DNA of 64,000 nt from an uncultured Pelagibacteraceae bacterium (GCA_902524285.1 CABZCR010000006.1:4391-68390); one strand, 5' to 3'. Numbered from the stretch's first letter, positions 1 through 11,610 are shown. Made by a program: numbers and translations. The notes: generated from the sequence alone by a model not told the origin.

Positions 1-367
1 TACCTAGATTGCCTTGAGGGTAACCATAGTTGCCAACCAGCTGTTTAAAAGTAAATGCCCATGGAGGAGCTAAAACTTTATCGATCCAACCCTCCAGGAT
101 TGCGGGCATCCTAAAATTCCATATTGGAGCAATTAATACAATTGTATCGCTTTGTTCTATCCTTCTTCGATGATCCAAAACATCTGGTCCAGGATTACCT
201 CCAGCAAATACAGGATCAAATTTTTCTTTATATAAGTCAACCATATCCACTGAATGTCCAGCTTTCTTTGCGCTTTCAATAAATGTATCTCTTATTGCGG
301 CATTAAAAGAGTTATCGTCGTAATGACCGTACACGATAAAAAATTTTTTAAACTGTCTTTCTCTCAT
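1..367 (-). CDS. NAD(P)H-dependent oxidoreductase, flavodoxin-like fold (MdaB/KefF-type); 3' end runs off the window
   Basis: Not in the ORF track. Hand translation from ATG at 367 gives MRERQFKKFFIVYGHYDDNSFNAAIRD...VDLYKEKFDP...IVLIAPIWNFRMPAILEGWIDKV, matching the P-x-W...P-A-x-L-x-G-W-x-D motif of this family. Confidence 0.85.
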   Translation of the reverse strand, partial: MRERQFKKFFIVYGHYDDNSFNAAIRDTFIESAKKAGHSVDMVDLYKEKFDPVFAGGNPGPDVLDHRRRIEQSDTIVLIAPIWNFRMPAILEGWIDKVLAPPWAFTFKQLVGNYGYPQGNLG

Positions 368-962
368 TTTGTATATTCCTCACTTTTATTATGGTCTGAT
401 TCTCTAACATTTTATTGTAGAAACTTTGTATTTTTGGGTAATTTTCAAGAAAATGATCCTCCTCTAACCAGAATAGTAATGTGAACAAGTAAAAATCAGC
501 TGCAGACAATTCATTCCCAATTACAAATTCTCCTATTTTATCTTCAATAAAATTTAAATATCGATGCAAAATATTCTGCGATTTAGTTATTAAATCCTCT
601 GAGTTTTTATCTGAAACGTAATGATCTGGATGATAAAAAAGTAGAATAATTGGGTAAAACGATGAAGACATAAAAGCCATGATTTGATGAAACTCATTCA
701 TTTCAGTTTCTGTACTAGGTAGCAGGTGATTTTCCCTTTTAAGCAAGTGATATACAATAGCTAAGCTCTCAATTAAAAATTTTCCATCTGGTAGTTTCAC
801 CATTGGAACTCTTCCGAGGGGATTGATTTTTAATATTTTTTCATCGCTTTTAATATTTTTTTCATCAACCTCAATAAACTCATAATCAATTGAAAGCTCA
901 TGAAAAAGATACTCAATTATATCAGAACCCGTTTCTGATCTGCCATAAATTTGGTATTTCAC
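348..962 (-). CDS. glutathione S-transferase family protein
   Basis: INPLGRVP, ESLAI and LSAADFYL motifs; 204 aa. Confidence 0.9.
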   Translation of the reverse strand: MKYQIYGRSETGSDIIEYLFHELSIDYEFIEVDEKNIKSDEKILKINPLGRVPMVKLPDGKFLIESLAIVYHLLKRENHLLPSTETEMNEFHQIMAFMSSSFYPIILLFYHPDHYVSDKNSEDLITKSQNILHRYLNFIEDKIGEFVIGNELSAADFYLFTLLFWLEEDHFLENYPKIQSFYNKMLENQTIIKVRNIQNERKTV

Positions 963-1879
963 TAGGGTGATCCGGCTTTGGCGTGATTTACACTAATAGA
1001 ATAAATTTTCCCTGATTTTATTGCTTTGGCTGCATCCGGCTCTGAAGCGTCTGCAGTACATACAAACAAAGTGTTGCCGTTTGATCCGCCCAACATGCAT
1101 GCATATGCTCTATTTGGAGTAGCAATCCTATCTGTTATTTTTCCACCTTCTTCATACCTAACCACTTCTGAGGTAGTTGGAGAAGCTATCCAGATACCCA
1201 TCTTTTCATCCAAACAAATACCATCCGGGACAGGGTAAGGTATTCCTTTACCTTCTTTTGGAGTAATTTTTAAAAAACGCATAGTTTTTGTGTAGTAATA
1301 AAATAGATTAGGCATCATATAAGCCCATACTCTCCGATTAGAAAGATCACCATCTTTATCTATATCAAATGCAGTAAGTCTACCCGCATAGGTTTCGCCA
1401 ATAATAAGTTTTTTACCATCAGGTGTAATTACAGTTCCATTTGGAAAGTCTAAATTTGAAGCAGCAATTGAGGCGTTTCCATCAGGATCGACCTTTATAA
1501 GAATAGTTGGCTTTATATCTTTTCCGTGATGTATTGATCCAAAATTACCGACATAGGCATTACCGTTTTTGTCGACCACCATGTCATTGCACCTAAAAGG
1601 TGTAAGTTTTGACATATCTGAATGCTCAGTAAGATTGCCATCTTTAAACTTTAGTAGCTTTCTATCGAGCATAGAGACAATAATGAGATCACCATTTGGC
1701 AACCACCCCAGGCCAGACGGTTGATTAGGTACATCGACTATTTTTTCGACATTTCCCACCTCATCTGCGGTCATCACAGCATGATGGTAAAAATCTGAGA
1801 ACCAAAGTTTGCCATCTTTCCATCTTGGACCTTCAGAAAAGTGAAGGTTATCTGCGATTAATTTGAAATTATTATTCAT
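962..1879 (-). CDS. SMP-30/gluconolactonase/LRE family protein
   Basis: FSEGPRW, CNDMVVD, FPNG and PDGICLD metal-binding beta-propeller motifs. Confidence 0.9.
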   Translation of the reverse strand: MNNNFKLIADNLHFSEGPRWKDGKLWFSDFYHHAVMTADEVGNVEKIVDVPNQPSGLGWLPNGDLIIVSMLDRKLLKFKDGNLTEHSDMSKLTPFRCNDMVVDKNGNAYVGNFGSIHHGKDIKPTILIKVDPDGNASIAASNLDFPNGTVITPDGKKLIIGETYAGRLTAFDIDKDGDLSNRRVWAYMMPNLFYYYTKTMRFLKITPKEGKGIPYPVPDGICLDEKMGIWIASPTTSEVVRYEEGGKITDRIATPNRAYACMLGGSNGNTLFVCTADASEPDAAKAIKSGKIYSISVNHAKAGSP

Positions 1880-2218
1880 ATTTCCTAATTTTATTGATTA
1901 TTCTAATTCAAAACTATTATATGGCTATTTACCAGCAAATTAAGTGTATACAGATACTCACTAAATTTTTTGAGAGTTTAATTGAGGTTAAAAGTCACTG
2001 ATCAAAGGTCAAATACTGTTGAAAAATTAGGAAATTTTACATTTTTTTGTATATTTTCGAATATGTTAATTTAATTTTACTCTGTTCTTTTAAAAATTTA
2101 GGTAAATTTCCTTAAAAATTAATCGCTAACGGTCGGAAACACAATTTTTCCCATATTTTCTATTGTTTTCGAATGATTTGAATATATATTTTCGATGATA
2201 CTAATACGATTCTAAAAT

Positions 2219-2584
2219 ATGGACATAGCGATAGCTGATTATTTGCCAATACTAATTTTTATGTTTGTCGCGTTAGCGATTAGCTGTCTATTTGTTTTGG
2301 CAAATTTCTTAGTTGCAGTAAACAACCCTGATCCTGAAAAGAATTCTGCCTATGAGTGCGGATTTGAGCAGTTTGGAGACTCTAGAATGAAGTTTGATGT
2401 TCGTTTCTATTTAGTCACATTACTTTTTATTATTTTTGACCTAGAAGTCGCGTTTCTATTTCCTTGGGCTGTTACATTTGGAACCTTGGGCTTATTTGGC
2501 TTTGTTTCAATGATGGTTTTCCTAGCTATACTAACAATTGGTTTCATATACGAGTGGAAAAAAGGAGCATTGGAGTGGCAATAA
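2219..2584 (+). CDS. nuoA: NADH-quinone oxidoreductase subunit A
   Basis: [27 protein letters not shown]. Confidence 0.98.
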   Translation: MDIAIADYLPILIFMFVALAISCLFVLANFLVAVNNPDPEKNSAYECGFEQFGDSRMKFDVRFYLVTLLFIIFDLEVAFLFPWAVTFGTLGLFGFVSMMVFLAILTIGFIYEWKKGALEWQ

Positions 2585-3096
2585 ATACAAACATTGAAGA
2601 GACAAGTCCAGAACTAGAAAGACTAAAGAAGTTGTATGCTGATAAGGGGTTTGTTGTCACCAGTATCAATAACCTTATTAATTGGGCTCGAACAGGCTCT
2701 CTGCATTGGATGACATTTGGATTAGCTTGTTGTGCTGTCGAAATGATGCATGTAGGAACACCGCGCTACGACGTTGAGCGTTTTGGCGCAGCTCCAAGAG
2801 CATCACCAAGACATGCAGACGTTCTTATAGTGGCAGGTACGTTGACAAATAAAATGGCAGCGGCATTAAGAAAAGCTTACGATCAGATGCCAGAACCTCG
2901 ATATGTTATTTCCATGGGAAGTTGTGCGAATGGTGGAGGGTATTATCACTACTCATATTCTGTTGTTAGAGGTTGTGATCGAATAATACCTGTCGATGTT
3001 TACGTGCCAGGGTGTCCTCCTACAGCAGAAGGCTTGCTTTATGGATTATTACAGTTACAGAAAAAAATAAGAAGAGAAGGCAACATCAAAAGATAA
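2575..3096 (+). CDS. nuoB: NADH-quinone oxidoreductase subunit B
   Basis: [25 protein letters not shown]. Start moved to GTG at 2575, which has AAGGAG at 2562-2567 upstream. Confidence 0.97.
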   Translation: MAINTNIEETSPELERLKKLYADKGFVVTSINNLINWARTGSLHWMTFGLACCAVEMMHVGTPRYDVERFGAAPRASPRHADVLIVAGTLTNKMAAALRKAYDQMPEPRYVISMGSCANGGGYYHYSYSVVRGCDRIIPVDVYVPGCPPTAEGLLYGLLQLQKKIRREGNIKR

Positions 3097-3689
3097 TGAG
3101 CGAGCAAATTGAAATGGCAAAAGCTGCCATTGAAAAAAACTGTAAATTGAATGATATAGATGTAAATTTAGGACAGTTACAACTATCGGTTGATCCAGCG
3201 AATTTAATACTGGTTATTGATTTTGTTAAGAATGATCCAAGCTGTGAATTTAAGCAAATTACAGATATTGCTGGAGTGGATTTTCCAGAAAACGAAAAAA
3301 GATTTGAAGTTATTTATCATTTTTTGAGTTTTAGGTTCAATTTACGGTTAAGAGTAAAAACCCAGATAAGTGAAGAGGAGTCCTTGCCCAGCATAACATC
3401 AATCTTTCCTGCAGCTAATTGGTTTGAGAGAGAAGCATTTGACATGTATGGAATAACTTTCACTGATCATCCTGATTTAAGAAGAATTTTAACTGATTAC
3501 GGTTTTGAGGGATATCCTCTACGTAAAGACTTTCCATTAACAGGTAATGTCGAAATCAGATATGACGAAATTGATAAAAAAATAGTTCACGAGCCTGTTA
3601 AGCTACAGCAAGATTTTAGAAATTTTGACATTCAAAGTCCCTGGGAAGGAACAAAGTATTTAAATAAGGAAGCAAAAGAAAGTGAGTAA
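3096..3689 (+). CDS. nuoC: NADH-quinone oxidoreductase subunit C
   Basis: [32 protein letters not shown]. Start taken at the TAATG overlap at 3096. Confidence 0.97.
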   Translation: MSEQIEMAKAAIEKNCKLNDIDVNLGQLQLSVDPANLILVIDFVKNDPSCEFKQITDIAGVDFPENEKRFEVIYHFLSFRFNLRLRVKTQISEEESLPSITSIFPAANWFEREAFDMYGITFTDHPDLRRILTDYGFEGYPLRKDFPLTGNVEIRYDEIDKKIVHEPVKLQQDFRNFDIQSPWEGTKYLNKEAKESE

Positions 3690-4854
3690 TAATAAAACAG
3701 TAACTGTTAATTTTGGACCAGTACACCCCGCAGCACATGGCGTTTTGAGACTCATTCTTGATCTAGATGGTGAAATTGTAGAAAGGGCTGACCCGCACAT
3801 CGGGCTTTTACATAGGGGCACTGAAAAACTTATCGAACATAAAACTTATCTTCAAGCAATACCATATTTTGACAGACTGGATTATGTTGCACCCATGAAC
3901 CAGGAGCATGCTTTTGCATTAGCAATAGAAAAATTGCTAAATGTAGAAGTGCCTTTGAGAGGACAATATATTAGGGTTTTATTTGCCGAAATTGGGCGTC
4001 TCTTAAGCCACCTACTAAATGTTACCACTACAGCAATGGATGTTGGAGCTATGACACCAATCACATGGGGTTTTGATGAAAGAGAAAAGCTATTAGATTT
4101 TTACGAGGAAGTATCTGGATCTAGATTTCATGCAGCCTATTTTCGAGCAGGCGGTGTTCATCAAGATTTACCAGACGGATTAACTGATAAGATATTTAAT
4201 TTTTGTAATAATTTCCCAAAAGCAATTGATGATATTGAAAGCATGTTGACTGAAAATAGAATATTTAAACAACGAAATGTAAATATCGGTAAAGTATCAA
4301 AGGAAGATGCTGTTGATCGTGGTTTTAGCGGATTCATATTAAGAGCATGCGGTGTACCATGGGATTTAAGAAAGTCCCAACCGTATGATTGTTACGACAA
4401 ACTTGAATTCAAAGTTCCAGTTGGTCAAAACGGTGATTGTTATGACCGTTATCTATGTCAGATTGAAGAAATGAGAGAAAGTACGAAAATCATGCTTCAA
4501 TGTCTTGATCAGATGCCTAAAGGAGAAGTGATCAATAGAGATTCTAAAATTGCAGCGCCCAAAAGGGAAGATATGAAACAATCAATGGAAGCCATAATCC
4601 ACCATTTTAAATTTTTTACTGAAGGCTTTCATGTACCGGAAGGAGAAATTTATTCTGCCGTTGAGGCTCCTAAAGGTGAATTTGGGGTATATTTAATTTC
4701 TGATGGAACCAGCAGGCCTTATAGGTGTAAAATTAGAGCCCCTGGATTTGCTCACTTGCAGGCATTTGATTTGCTCTCAAAAGGCCATCTTCTAGCAGAT
4801 GTCCCTGCAATTCTTGGATCAATTGCAATAGTTTTCGGTGAGGTTGATAGATGA
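3682..4854 (+). CDS. nuoD: NADH-quinone oxidoreductase subunit D
   Basis: [24 protein letters not shown]-terminal FGEVDR. Confidence 0.98.
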   Translation: MSNNKTVTVNFGPVHPAAHGVLRLILDLDGEIVERADPHIGLLHRGTEKLIEHKTYLQAIPYFDRLDYVAPMNQEHAFALAIEKLLNVEVPLRGQYIRVLFAEIGRLLSHLLNVTTTAMDVGAMTPITWGFDEREKLLDFYEEVSGSRFHAAYFRAGGVHQDLPDGLTDKIFNFCNNFPKAIDDIESMLTENRIFKQRNVNIGKVSKEDAVDRGFSGFILRACGVPWDLRKSQPYDCYDKLEFKVPVGQNGDCYDRYLCQIEEMRESTKIMLQCLDQMPKGEVINRDSKIAAPKREDMKQSMEAIIHHFKFFTEGFHVPEGEIYSAVEAPKGEFGVYLISDGTSRPYRCKIRAPGFAHLQAFDLLSKGHLLADVPAILGSIAIVFGEVDR

Positions 4855-5408
4855 GCAATCAAAAAAACGCCTTTGTGTTTAATAAGGAAAATGAAATTAA
4901 GGCAAAAGAAATTCTTCTTAAATATCCAACTGATAGAAGGCAAAGTGCAATCATGCCTTTGCTTGATTTAGCGCAACGACAAAATGAAAACTGGTTGAGC
5001 AGGGATATAGTTGAGTATGTAGCGGATTACTTAGAAATGCCTTTTATTAAGGCTTGGGAAGTAGTTACTTTTTATTCAATGTATTACACAAAATATAACG
5101 GAAAATATTTAGTACAAGTTTGTGGAACAACACCTTGTTGGTTAAGGGGTTCAGATCAAGTTATAAAAGCGTGCAAAGAAGTTATTTCACCAGAACCAAA
5201 TACAGTCTCAAGCGATGGTTTATTTTCATGGATGCAAGTTGAGTGTCTTGGTGCTTGTGTGAATGCTCCACTTGTTCAAATCAATGACGATTATTATGAA
5301 GATTTGACTTACGATACAACGAAAAACGTTTTGCAATCTCTTATAGATGGCTCGCCACTGAGTATAGGTTCACAAAGTGGCCGTAAAAGTTCAAAGGCAG
5401 TGTCTTAA
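4851..5408 (+). CDS. nuoE: NADH-quinone oxidoreductase subunit E
   Basis: CGTTPC...CLGAC 2Fe-2S ligands. Confidence 0.97.
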   Translation: MSNQKNAFVFNKENEIKAKEILLKYPTDRRQSAIMPLLDLAQRQNENWLSRDIVEYVADYLEMPFIKAWEVVTFYSMYYTKYNGKYLVQVCGTTPCWLRGSDQVIKACKEVISPEPNTVSSDGLFSWMQVECLGACVNAPLVQINDDYYEDLTYDTTKNVLQSLIDGSPLSIGSQSGRKSSKAVS

Positions 5409-6676
5409 TGTTAAAAGAAAAAGATAAAATATTTACTAATTTATTTGGCGATGAGCCTTTTCATTTAAAAAATGCACAGGCAAGAGGTGATTGGGATAAT
5501 ACAAAAGAACTTATTAAAAAAGGAAGAGAATGGATAATTGATGAGATGAAAAAATCTGAGTTAAGGGGAAGAGGAGGTGCAGGTTTCCCTACCGGATTAA
5601 AATGGTCATTTATGCCTAAAGATTCAAAGCTTACTAATTACCTTGTTGTTAATGCAGATGAGTCTGAACCAGGTACCTGTAAAGATAGAGATATGATACG
5701 AAATGAGCCTCATAAGCTTATTGAAGGATGTTTGTTAGCATCTTTTGCTATGAATGCTCATACTTGTTACATTTATATTCGCGGTGAATATTTTAATGAA
5801 GCTGTTGTTCTTCAAAAAGCGATTGACGAAGCATACGACGCTGGGTTAATTGGGAAAAATGCTGCTAAGTCGGGTTGGGATTTTGATATATTTTTACATC
5901 GAGGCGCAGGAGCATACATATGCGGTGAGGAGACAGCTCTACTTGAAAGCTTGGAGGGAAAAAAGGGCCAACCAAGACTCAAACCTCCTTTTCCGGCTAA
6001 TAAAGGTCTATATGGATCGCCAACTACTGTAAATAATGTTGAAACCATAGCTGTTGTTCCAACGATTTTAAGAAGAGGTGGAGAATGGTTTTCATCTTTT
6101 GGTCGACCAAAAAATACAGGGACAAAAGTTTTTTGTATTTCTGGTCATGTTAACAATCCTTGCAATATAGAGGAAGAAATGAGCATTCCTCTTAGGGAGC
6201 TTGTAGAAAAGCATGCTGGAGGAGTAACTGGTGGATGGGATAATCTTAAAGCTGTAATTCCTGGAGGCTCATCTGTTCCACTTATACCAAAATCAACTTG
6301 CGATACTGTCCTGATGGATTTCGATTCACTGTCTGCAGTCAAAAGTGGGTTAGGCACAGCCGCTGTAATCGTAATGGATAAAAGCACTGACCTCGTCAAA
6401 GCTATCTCTAAGCTATCTCACTTTTATAAACACGAAAGTTGCGGTCAATGCACGCCTTGTAGAGAAGGAACAGGGTGGATGTGGAGAATGATGGAGAAGA
6501 TTGGAAACGGTCATGCAAGTTCAAATGATATTGATAAGTTACTTGATGTAACAAAGCAAATCGAAGGCCATACAATTTGCGCGCTTGGTGATGCTGCGGC
6601 ATGGCCAATTCAAGGTTTGTTTAGGCATTTTAGAGATGAAATAGAAGAGCAACTTAAAAAGACTAAGGCTGCATAA
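5408..6676 (+). CDS. nuoF: NADH-quinone oxidoreductase subunit F
   Basis: [38 protein letters not shown]. Confidence 0.98.
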   Translation: MLKEKDKIFTNLFGDEPFHLKNAQARGDWDNTKELIKKGREWIIDEMKKSELRGRGGAGFPTGLKWSFMPKDSKLTNYLVVNADESEPGTCKDRDMIRNEPHKLIEGCLLASFAMNAHTCYIYIRGEYFNEAVVLQKAIDEAYDAGLIGKNAAKSGWDFDIFLHRGAGAYICGEETALLESLEGKKGQPRLKPPFPANKGLYGSPTTVNNVETIAVVPTILRRGGEWFSSFGRPKNTGTKVFCISGHVNNPCNIEEEMSIPLRELVEKHAGGVTGGWDNLKAVIPGGSSVPLIPKSTCDTVLMDFDSLSAVKSGLGTAAVIVMDKSTDLVKAISKLSHFYKHESCGQCTPCREGTGWMWRMMEKIGNGHASSNDIDKLLDVTKQIEGHTICALGDAAAWPIQGLFRHFRDEIEEQLKKTKAA

Positions 6677-9186
6677 TGGCAAAAGTAAAAATAAATGGGT
6701 CCGAGATTGAAGTATCTGATGGCATGACGATACTGCAGGCATGTGAAGAGGCAGGAATTGAAATACCAAGATTTTGCTACCATGATCGTCTTTCAATTGC
6801 AGGTAATTGTAGAATGTGCCTTGTTGATGTGGAAGGTTCACCTAAACCAGTAGCATCGTGCGCGATGCCAATTAACGAAGGCATGTCAATTCATACAAAT
6901 ACTCAGTCTGTAAAAAAAGCGAGAGAAGGTGTAATGGAGTTTTTGCTAATTAATCACCCACTAGATTGCCCAGTTTGTGATCAAGGCGGTGAGTGCGATC
7001 TACAAGATCAAACTATTGCTTTTGGTCCTGAAAATTCAAGGTTCGAAGAGAATAAAAGGGCAGTTGAAGAAAAGCATATGGGCCCATTGATTAAAACTTA
7101 TATGACTCGATGCATTCACTGCACAAGGTGTATCCGATTTGCAGATGAAGTAGCGGGAGTAAATCAATTAGGAGCAGTAAATCGCGGCGAAAATATGGAA
7201 ATAACAACTTATTTAGAAAAGACATTAGACTCCGAGCTATCGGCTAATATCGTTGATTTATGTCCGGTAGGTGCACTTACATCGAAACCATATCAATTTG
7301 AAGCCAGACCTTGGGAATTAAAGAAGACAGAAACGATTGATGTTATGGATGCGGTAGGGTCGAATATTAGAGTTGATACTTACGGGTGGAAAGTAAAAAG
7401 AGTATTACCCGTGCTTAATGAAGATATTAATGAAGAGTGGATATCAGATAAAACAAGGTATGCATGCGATGGGCTTTTAAATCAACGTCTAGACACACCC
7501 TACATAAAAAAGAATAACAAATTAGAGCAAGTTTCATGGGGAGAAACTTTTTCTCAATTAAAAAAACTTGTTATGGACTCAGATCCTGATGAAATTGCGT
7601 TTTTAGTAGGTGATTTTATTGATTTAGAAACAAGCTACTTAATAAAAAAATTATCGGAAGATCTAAGTATCAAGGCAGTTGATGGAAGACAGGAAGGATG
7701 TAAAGTTCCATTCAACCATAGATCTCAGTTCTTATTTAATTCTAAAATTAAAGGCATTGATGAAACAGATTGCATTTTAATGATTGGAACGAACACGCGC
7801 GAAGAAGCTGCAATTATTAATTCAAGAATAAGGAAAAGAGTTATTTCATCAAATATTCCAGTTGCACTGATTGGAAAAAATGTGGATCTTACATATAAAT
7901 ACAATCACTTGGGCGATGATATAAATATCCTTATAGATCTTTTAAATGAAAAAAACTCATTTTATAAAAAGTTAATTAATGCCTCAAAGCCAATGATTAT
8001 TATTGGCCAGTCCGTGTTAAACCGTGATGACTCATTGCAGATTTACTCTCTACTTGAAACATTTACAGATAAATTCAATCTCATTCAGGAAGATTGGAAT
8101 GGATTTAATGTATTACAGCTTGCCGCTTCAAGAGCAGGTATTCTTGAGATGGGTCTTATACAAAAAAATAAATCAGTCGATGATTTGGTTGCCGATGCAG
8201 AAAAAGGTAAATTCAAATTAGTGTTTTCATTTGGTGCTGATGAAATCAGTTATGAAAATTTTTCTAATTGTAAAATAGTTTATATGGGCACACATGGAGA
8301 TAGAGGCGCAAACGCCGCTGATTTTATATTGCCTGCAGCAGCATATACTGAAAAAGATGCAATTTTTATAAACACTGAAGGGAGAGTTCAATACGCAAAT
8401 AAAGCAAGTTTTCCTCCAGGTGAAGCTAGGGAAGATTGGAAAATTATTAATCAATTCAGTGAAGTCCTTGAACTAAAGTGGTCGTTTTTAGAACTGTATG
8501 ATGTAAGAGATGAGATGTTTGCCAAGTTTCCCCATCTTAAAGAAGACTTTAATGATCAAAATAATGGACTCGTTAAAATTATTGATAATAAAGCTAATGA
8601 AGAAGTAGAAATCATTAATAAGGATACAAGATCAAGCCAAGAAAAAAAGAATGATACAATTAATGGTAACATCAAGAGCTTTGAGGAAAATTCGGCAAAA
8701 AAAATATTTAATACAGCTTGGGCTGATCTAAATGATCGCCAGAGAGAGTATCTGAGAAAATATAATTATCCTGAGACATGGTCAGAGTTTACAGAGCATT
8801 ATGGCTTTAAAGTTGTTAATGATATTAAGAAGAAGAATAACGTTGTGTTGCCCTATGAGGATCAATACGCAAATAGTATAGGAAAAGCTTGGAATGATCT
8901 TACTTATAATCAAAAGAAATGGGCTTATACTAAAAGAAATAAAAATAATTTAATTGGATTAGCAGATGACGCAAATTTTTCACCTGATGGAATTGTCGTT
9001 TTAAACGACAATCAAGAGGCATACTATGCTCAACCAAAAGAAATTAACTTTAAAATTAAAAACTTAAGTTTCAGTATTGAAGACTTTTATATAAACGACT
9101 CAATTACAAGACATTCTAGTACGATGGCCGAATGCAGCCGAGCTAGAAGTGAAGTAAGGTCATCGGTAACGGAAAAGGCCTCATAA
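6676..9186 (+). CDS. nuoG: NADH-quinone oxidoreductase subunit G with a large C-terminal insertion
   Basis: [36 protein letters not shown]; 836 aa. Confidence 0.98.
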   Translation: MAKVKINGSEIEVSDGMTILQACEEAGIEIPRFCYHDRLSIAGNCRMCLVDVEGSPKPVASCAMPINEGMSIHTNTQSVKKAREGVMEFLLINHPLDCPVCDQGGECDLQDQTIAFGPENSRFEENKRAVEEKHMGPLIKTYMTRCIHCTRCIRFADEVAGVNQLGAVNRGENMEITTYLEKTLDSELSANIVDLCPVGALTSKPYQFEARPWELKKTETIDVMDAVGSNIRVDTYGWKVKRVLPVLNEDINEEWISDKTRYACDGLLNQRLDTPYIKKNNKLEQVSWGETFSQLKKLVMDSDPDEIAFLVGDFIDLETSYLIKKLSEDLSIKAVDGRQEGCKVPFNHRSQFLFNSKIKGIDETDCILMIGTNTREEAAIINSRIRKRVISSNIPVALIGKNVDLTYKYNHLGDDINILIDLLNEKNSFYKKLINASKPMIIIGQSVLNRDDSLQIYSLLETFTDKFNLIQEDWNGFNVLQLAASRAGILEMGLIQKNKSVDDLVADAEKGKFKLVFSFGADEISYENFSNCKIVYMGTHGDRGANAADFILPAAAYTEKDAIFINTEGRVQYANKASFPPGEAREDWKIINQFSEVLELKWSFLELYDVRDEMFAKFPHLKEDFNDQNNGLVKIIDNKANEEVEIINKDTRSSQEKKNDTINGNIKSFEENSAKKIFNTAWADLNDRQREYLRKYNYPETWSEFTEHYGFKVVNDIKKKNNVVLPYEDQYANSIGKAWNDLTYNQKKWAYTKRNKNNLIGLADDANFSPDGIVVLNDNQEAYYAQPKEINFKIKNLSFSIEDFYINDSITRHSSTMAECSRARSEVRSSVTEKAS
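8680..8922 (+). repeat. two diverged copies of a ~24-aa repeat within the NuoG insertion
   Basis: [24 protein letters not shown] (8680-8751) aligns with [23 protein letters not shown] (8854-8922). The DNA cores are GCTTGGGCTGATCT and GCTTGGAATGATCT. Confidence 0.7.
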
Positions 9187-10199
9187 TGATTAGCTTAGCT
9201 CAAACGTACTTTATCGAAGTAATGACCATTATTCTTTATTGCCTGCTTATTTTTGTTCCCTTACTTCTAGGTGTTGTAATGGCGTTATATGCAGATAGAA
9301 AAATATGGGCAGCAGTTCAAAAAAGGAGAGGCCCAAATGTGGTTGGCCCGTATGGTTTGTTCCAAGTTCCTGCTGATGGATTAAAATTTATTTTTAAAGA
9401 AATTATTTTACCCGACGGCTCTGACAAAACAGTTTTCCTAATTGCTCCCATTATTACTCTTGCTCTATCAATTACAGCCTGGGCAGTTGTACCAGTTCAG
9501 GCGGGCGTAGTATTGGCTAATATAAATGTAGGAATCTTATACATTTTTGCAATTAGCTCTCTTGGTGTCTATGGAATTCTGATGGCTGGATGGTCTTCAA
9601 ACAGTAAGTATCCTTTTTTTGGCGCTCTAAGATCAGCTGCTCAAATGGTTTCTTACGAAGTTTCCATAGGTTTTGTAATAATAACTGTCTTGCTATGTGT
9701 AGGCTCACTCAACTTGACTGAAATAGTAATGGCTCAAAAGACAATGTGGTTTTTCATACCTTTATTTCCAATGTTTATTGTTTTTTTTATATCCGCACTA
9801 GCTGAAACGAACAGACCTCCATTTGATCTTCCTGAAGCAGAGTCTGAGTTAGTAGCTGGATATCAAACAGAGTATTCAGGAATGCCATTCGTTTTGTTTC
9901 TGTTTGGAGAATACATAAATATTTTATTAATGTGCGCAATGACCACTATCCTATTCCTTGGGGGGTGGTTGCCGCCAATTGATATTTATCCACTAAATGC
10001 TGTTCCTGGATTTGTTTGGTTCTTATTGAAAGTAATTTTTGTTTTTTACTTATTTGCTATGGTTAAAGCATTTGTTCCAAGGTATCGATATGACCAATTA
10101 ATGCGACTTGGCTGGAAAGTTTTCTTGCCTTTATCACTTTTTGCAGTTGTAGCAACATCTTCGATATTGTTCTTTTTTAATCTAGCCCCAGGAATGTAA
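9186..10199 (+). CDS. nuoH: NADH-quinone oxidoreductase subunit H
   Basis: [38 protein letters not shown]. Confidence 0.98.
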   Translation: MISLAQTYFIEVMTIILYCLLIFVPLLLGVVMALYADRKIWAAVQKRRGPNVVGPYGLFQVPADGLKFIFKEIILPDGSDKTVFLIAPIITLALSITAWAVVPVQAGVVLANINVGILYIFAISSLGVYGILMAGWSSNSKYPFFGALRSAAQMVSYEVSIGFVIITVLLCVGSLNLTEIVMAQKTMWFFIPLFPMFIVFFISALAETNRPPFDLPEAESELVAGYQTEYSGMPFVLFLFGEYINILLMCAMTTILFLGGWLPPIDIYPLNAVPGFVWFLLKVIFVFYLFAMVKAFVPRYRYDQLMRLGWKVFLPLSLFAVVATSSILFFFNLAPGM

Positions 10200-10684
10200 T
10201 GAAAATAATTAATTTTTTAAAATCGTTCCTTCTTTTAGATTTTTTAAAAGCTTTCTATTTAGCTCAAAAATATTTTTTTAGAAAAAAAGCAACAATCAAT
10301 TATCCTTTTGAAAAAGGTAAATTAAGTCCTCGATTCAGAGGTGAGCATGCCTTGAGAAGATATCCGAGTGGTGAGGAAAGATGTATAGGGTGTAAATTGT
10401 GTGAGGCTGTATGTCCAGCTCAAGCGATAACAATTGAAACTCAGCCTCGCGATGATGGAACAAGAAGAACGCTTAGGTATGATATTGACATGGTTAAATG
10501 TATCTACTGTGGTTTATGTGAGGAGTCGTGTCCAGTTGATGCAATTGTACAGGGTCCAAATTTTGAATTTACAACTGAAACGAGAAAAGAACTTTATTAT
10601 ACGAAAGAAAAATTGCTTGAAAACGGTGATAGATGGGAAACAGTTATCGCTGAGAATTTAGAAGCCGATGCAAAATATAGATAA
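10199..10684 (+). CDS. nuoI: NADH-quinone oxidoreductase subunit I
   Basis: Two CxxCxxCxxxCP 4Fe-4S motifs; SPRFRGEH. Confidence 0.98.
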   Translation: MKIINFLKSFLLLDFLKAFYLAQKYFFRKKATINYPFEKGKLSPRFRGEHALRRYPSGEERCIGCKLCEAVCPAQAITIETQPRDDGTRRTLRYDIDMVKCIYCGLCEESCPVDAIVQGPNFEFTTETRKELYYTKEKLLENGDRWETVIAENLEADAKYR

Positions 10685-11299
10685 ATGACAGCTCAATTAT
10701 TAACATTCTATTTATTTTCAGGGGTTATTTTAATTTCTTCATTGATGGTTATTTCAACTAAAAACCCAGTCCATTCAGTATTGTTCCTAATTCTTTCATT
10801 TTTGAATGCCGCCGGCTTATTCGTTATTCTTCACGCAGAATTTTTGGCAATGATACTTATAATTGTTTACGTTGGTGCTGTTGCAGTACTTTTTTTATTT
10901 GTTGTAATGATGTTAGATTTTAAAACATCAATCAATAAGGATAATATTTTGCAATATATTCCGATAGGAATTTTGATTGGTGTAGTTTTTGTTGCAGAGT
11001 TAGTAATTGTATTAATTAATACAAAGTTTGACTTGTCAAATATTCAAGTGTTACCAAACCCTCTTTCAGATTTTATTGGCAAGTCTAATACAGAAGCAAT
11101 TGGCTCAGTTTTGTACACAGACTATATTTTATATTTCCAACTTTCAGGTGTAATTCTGCTAGTTGCTATGATTGGTTCTATTGTATTAACTCTCCGCGAA
11201 AGAGAAGGTGTAAAGAGGCAGGCTGTTTCAGAGCAACTACAACGACAGGGCAAAATTGATTTAGTAGATGTAAAATCAGGAAAAGGTGTTGATATTTAA
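10685..11299 (+). CDS. nuoJ: NADH-quinone oxidoreductase subunit J
   Basis: [26 protein letters not shown]. Confidence 0.97.
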   Translation: MTAQLLTFYLFSGVILISSLMVISTKNPVHSVLFLILSFLNAAGLFVILHAEFLAMILIIVYVGAVAVLFLFVVMMLDFKTSINKDNILQYIPIGILIGVVFVAELVIVLINTKFDLSNIQVLPNPLSDFIGKSNTEAIGSVLYTDYILYFQLSGVILLVAMIGSIVLTLREREGVKRQAVSEQLQRQGKIDLVDVKSGKGVDI

Positions 11300-11604
11300 T
11301 GATTGAATTAAATCAATTTTTAATTTTATCTGCTTTATTGTTTGCAATTGGCGTTATTGGTATTTTTTTAAACCGAAAAAATGTGATTATCATTTTAATG
11401 TCAATTGAAATCATTTTGCTCTCTGTAAATTTAAATCTAATTGCTTTTTCATATTTTTTAAATGATCTAACTGGGCAAATATTCTCTCTTTTTGTGCTTA
11501 CTGTTGCTGCTGCTGAAGCTGCAATCGGACTTGCTATACTTGTAATTTATAACAGAAATGCTGGCAGTATAGAGATTGAGAAAATTAACGCCTTAAAGGG
11601 ATAA
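11299..11604 (+). CDS. nuoK: NADH-quinone oxidoreductase subunit K
   Basis: [17 protein letters not shown]. Confidence 0.97.
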   Translation: MIELNQFLILSALLFAIGVIGIFLNRKNVIIILMSIEIILLSVNLNLIAFSYFLNDLTGQIFSLFVLTVAAAEAAIGLAILVIYNRNAGSIEIEKINALKG

Positions 11605-11610
11605 TGCTGA

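Noticed and set aside
1998-2012. FNR-like box CTGATCAAAGGTCAA
   Set aside because: Half-site spacing is 5 rather than 4 and both halves mismatch TTGAT-N4-ATCAA.
1880-2218. tRNA or riboswitch upstream of nuoA
   Set aside because: No cloverleaf, T-loop GTTCGA or convincing stems; it reads as AT-rich promoter DNA.
2464-3095. Long N-terminal extensions of NuoB and NuoC in the ORF track (similarly TrpD, PpiD, PgpA, LpxI)
   Set aside because: Artefacts of choosing the most upstream start. Downstream starts with an RBS or stop-start overlap fit the family N-termini.
8545-9060. NuoG insertion as an intein, intron or mobile element
   Set aside because: No Cys/Ser-start and His-Asn-end splice motifs, no LAGLIDADG or HNH motif, no terminal repeats, and the reading frame is continuous.
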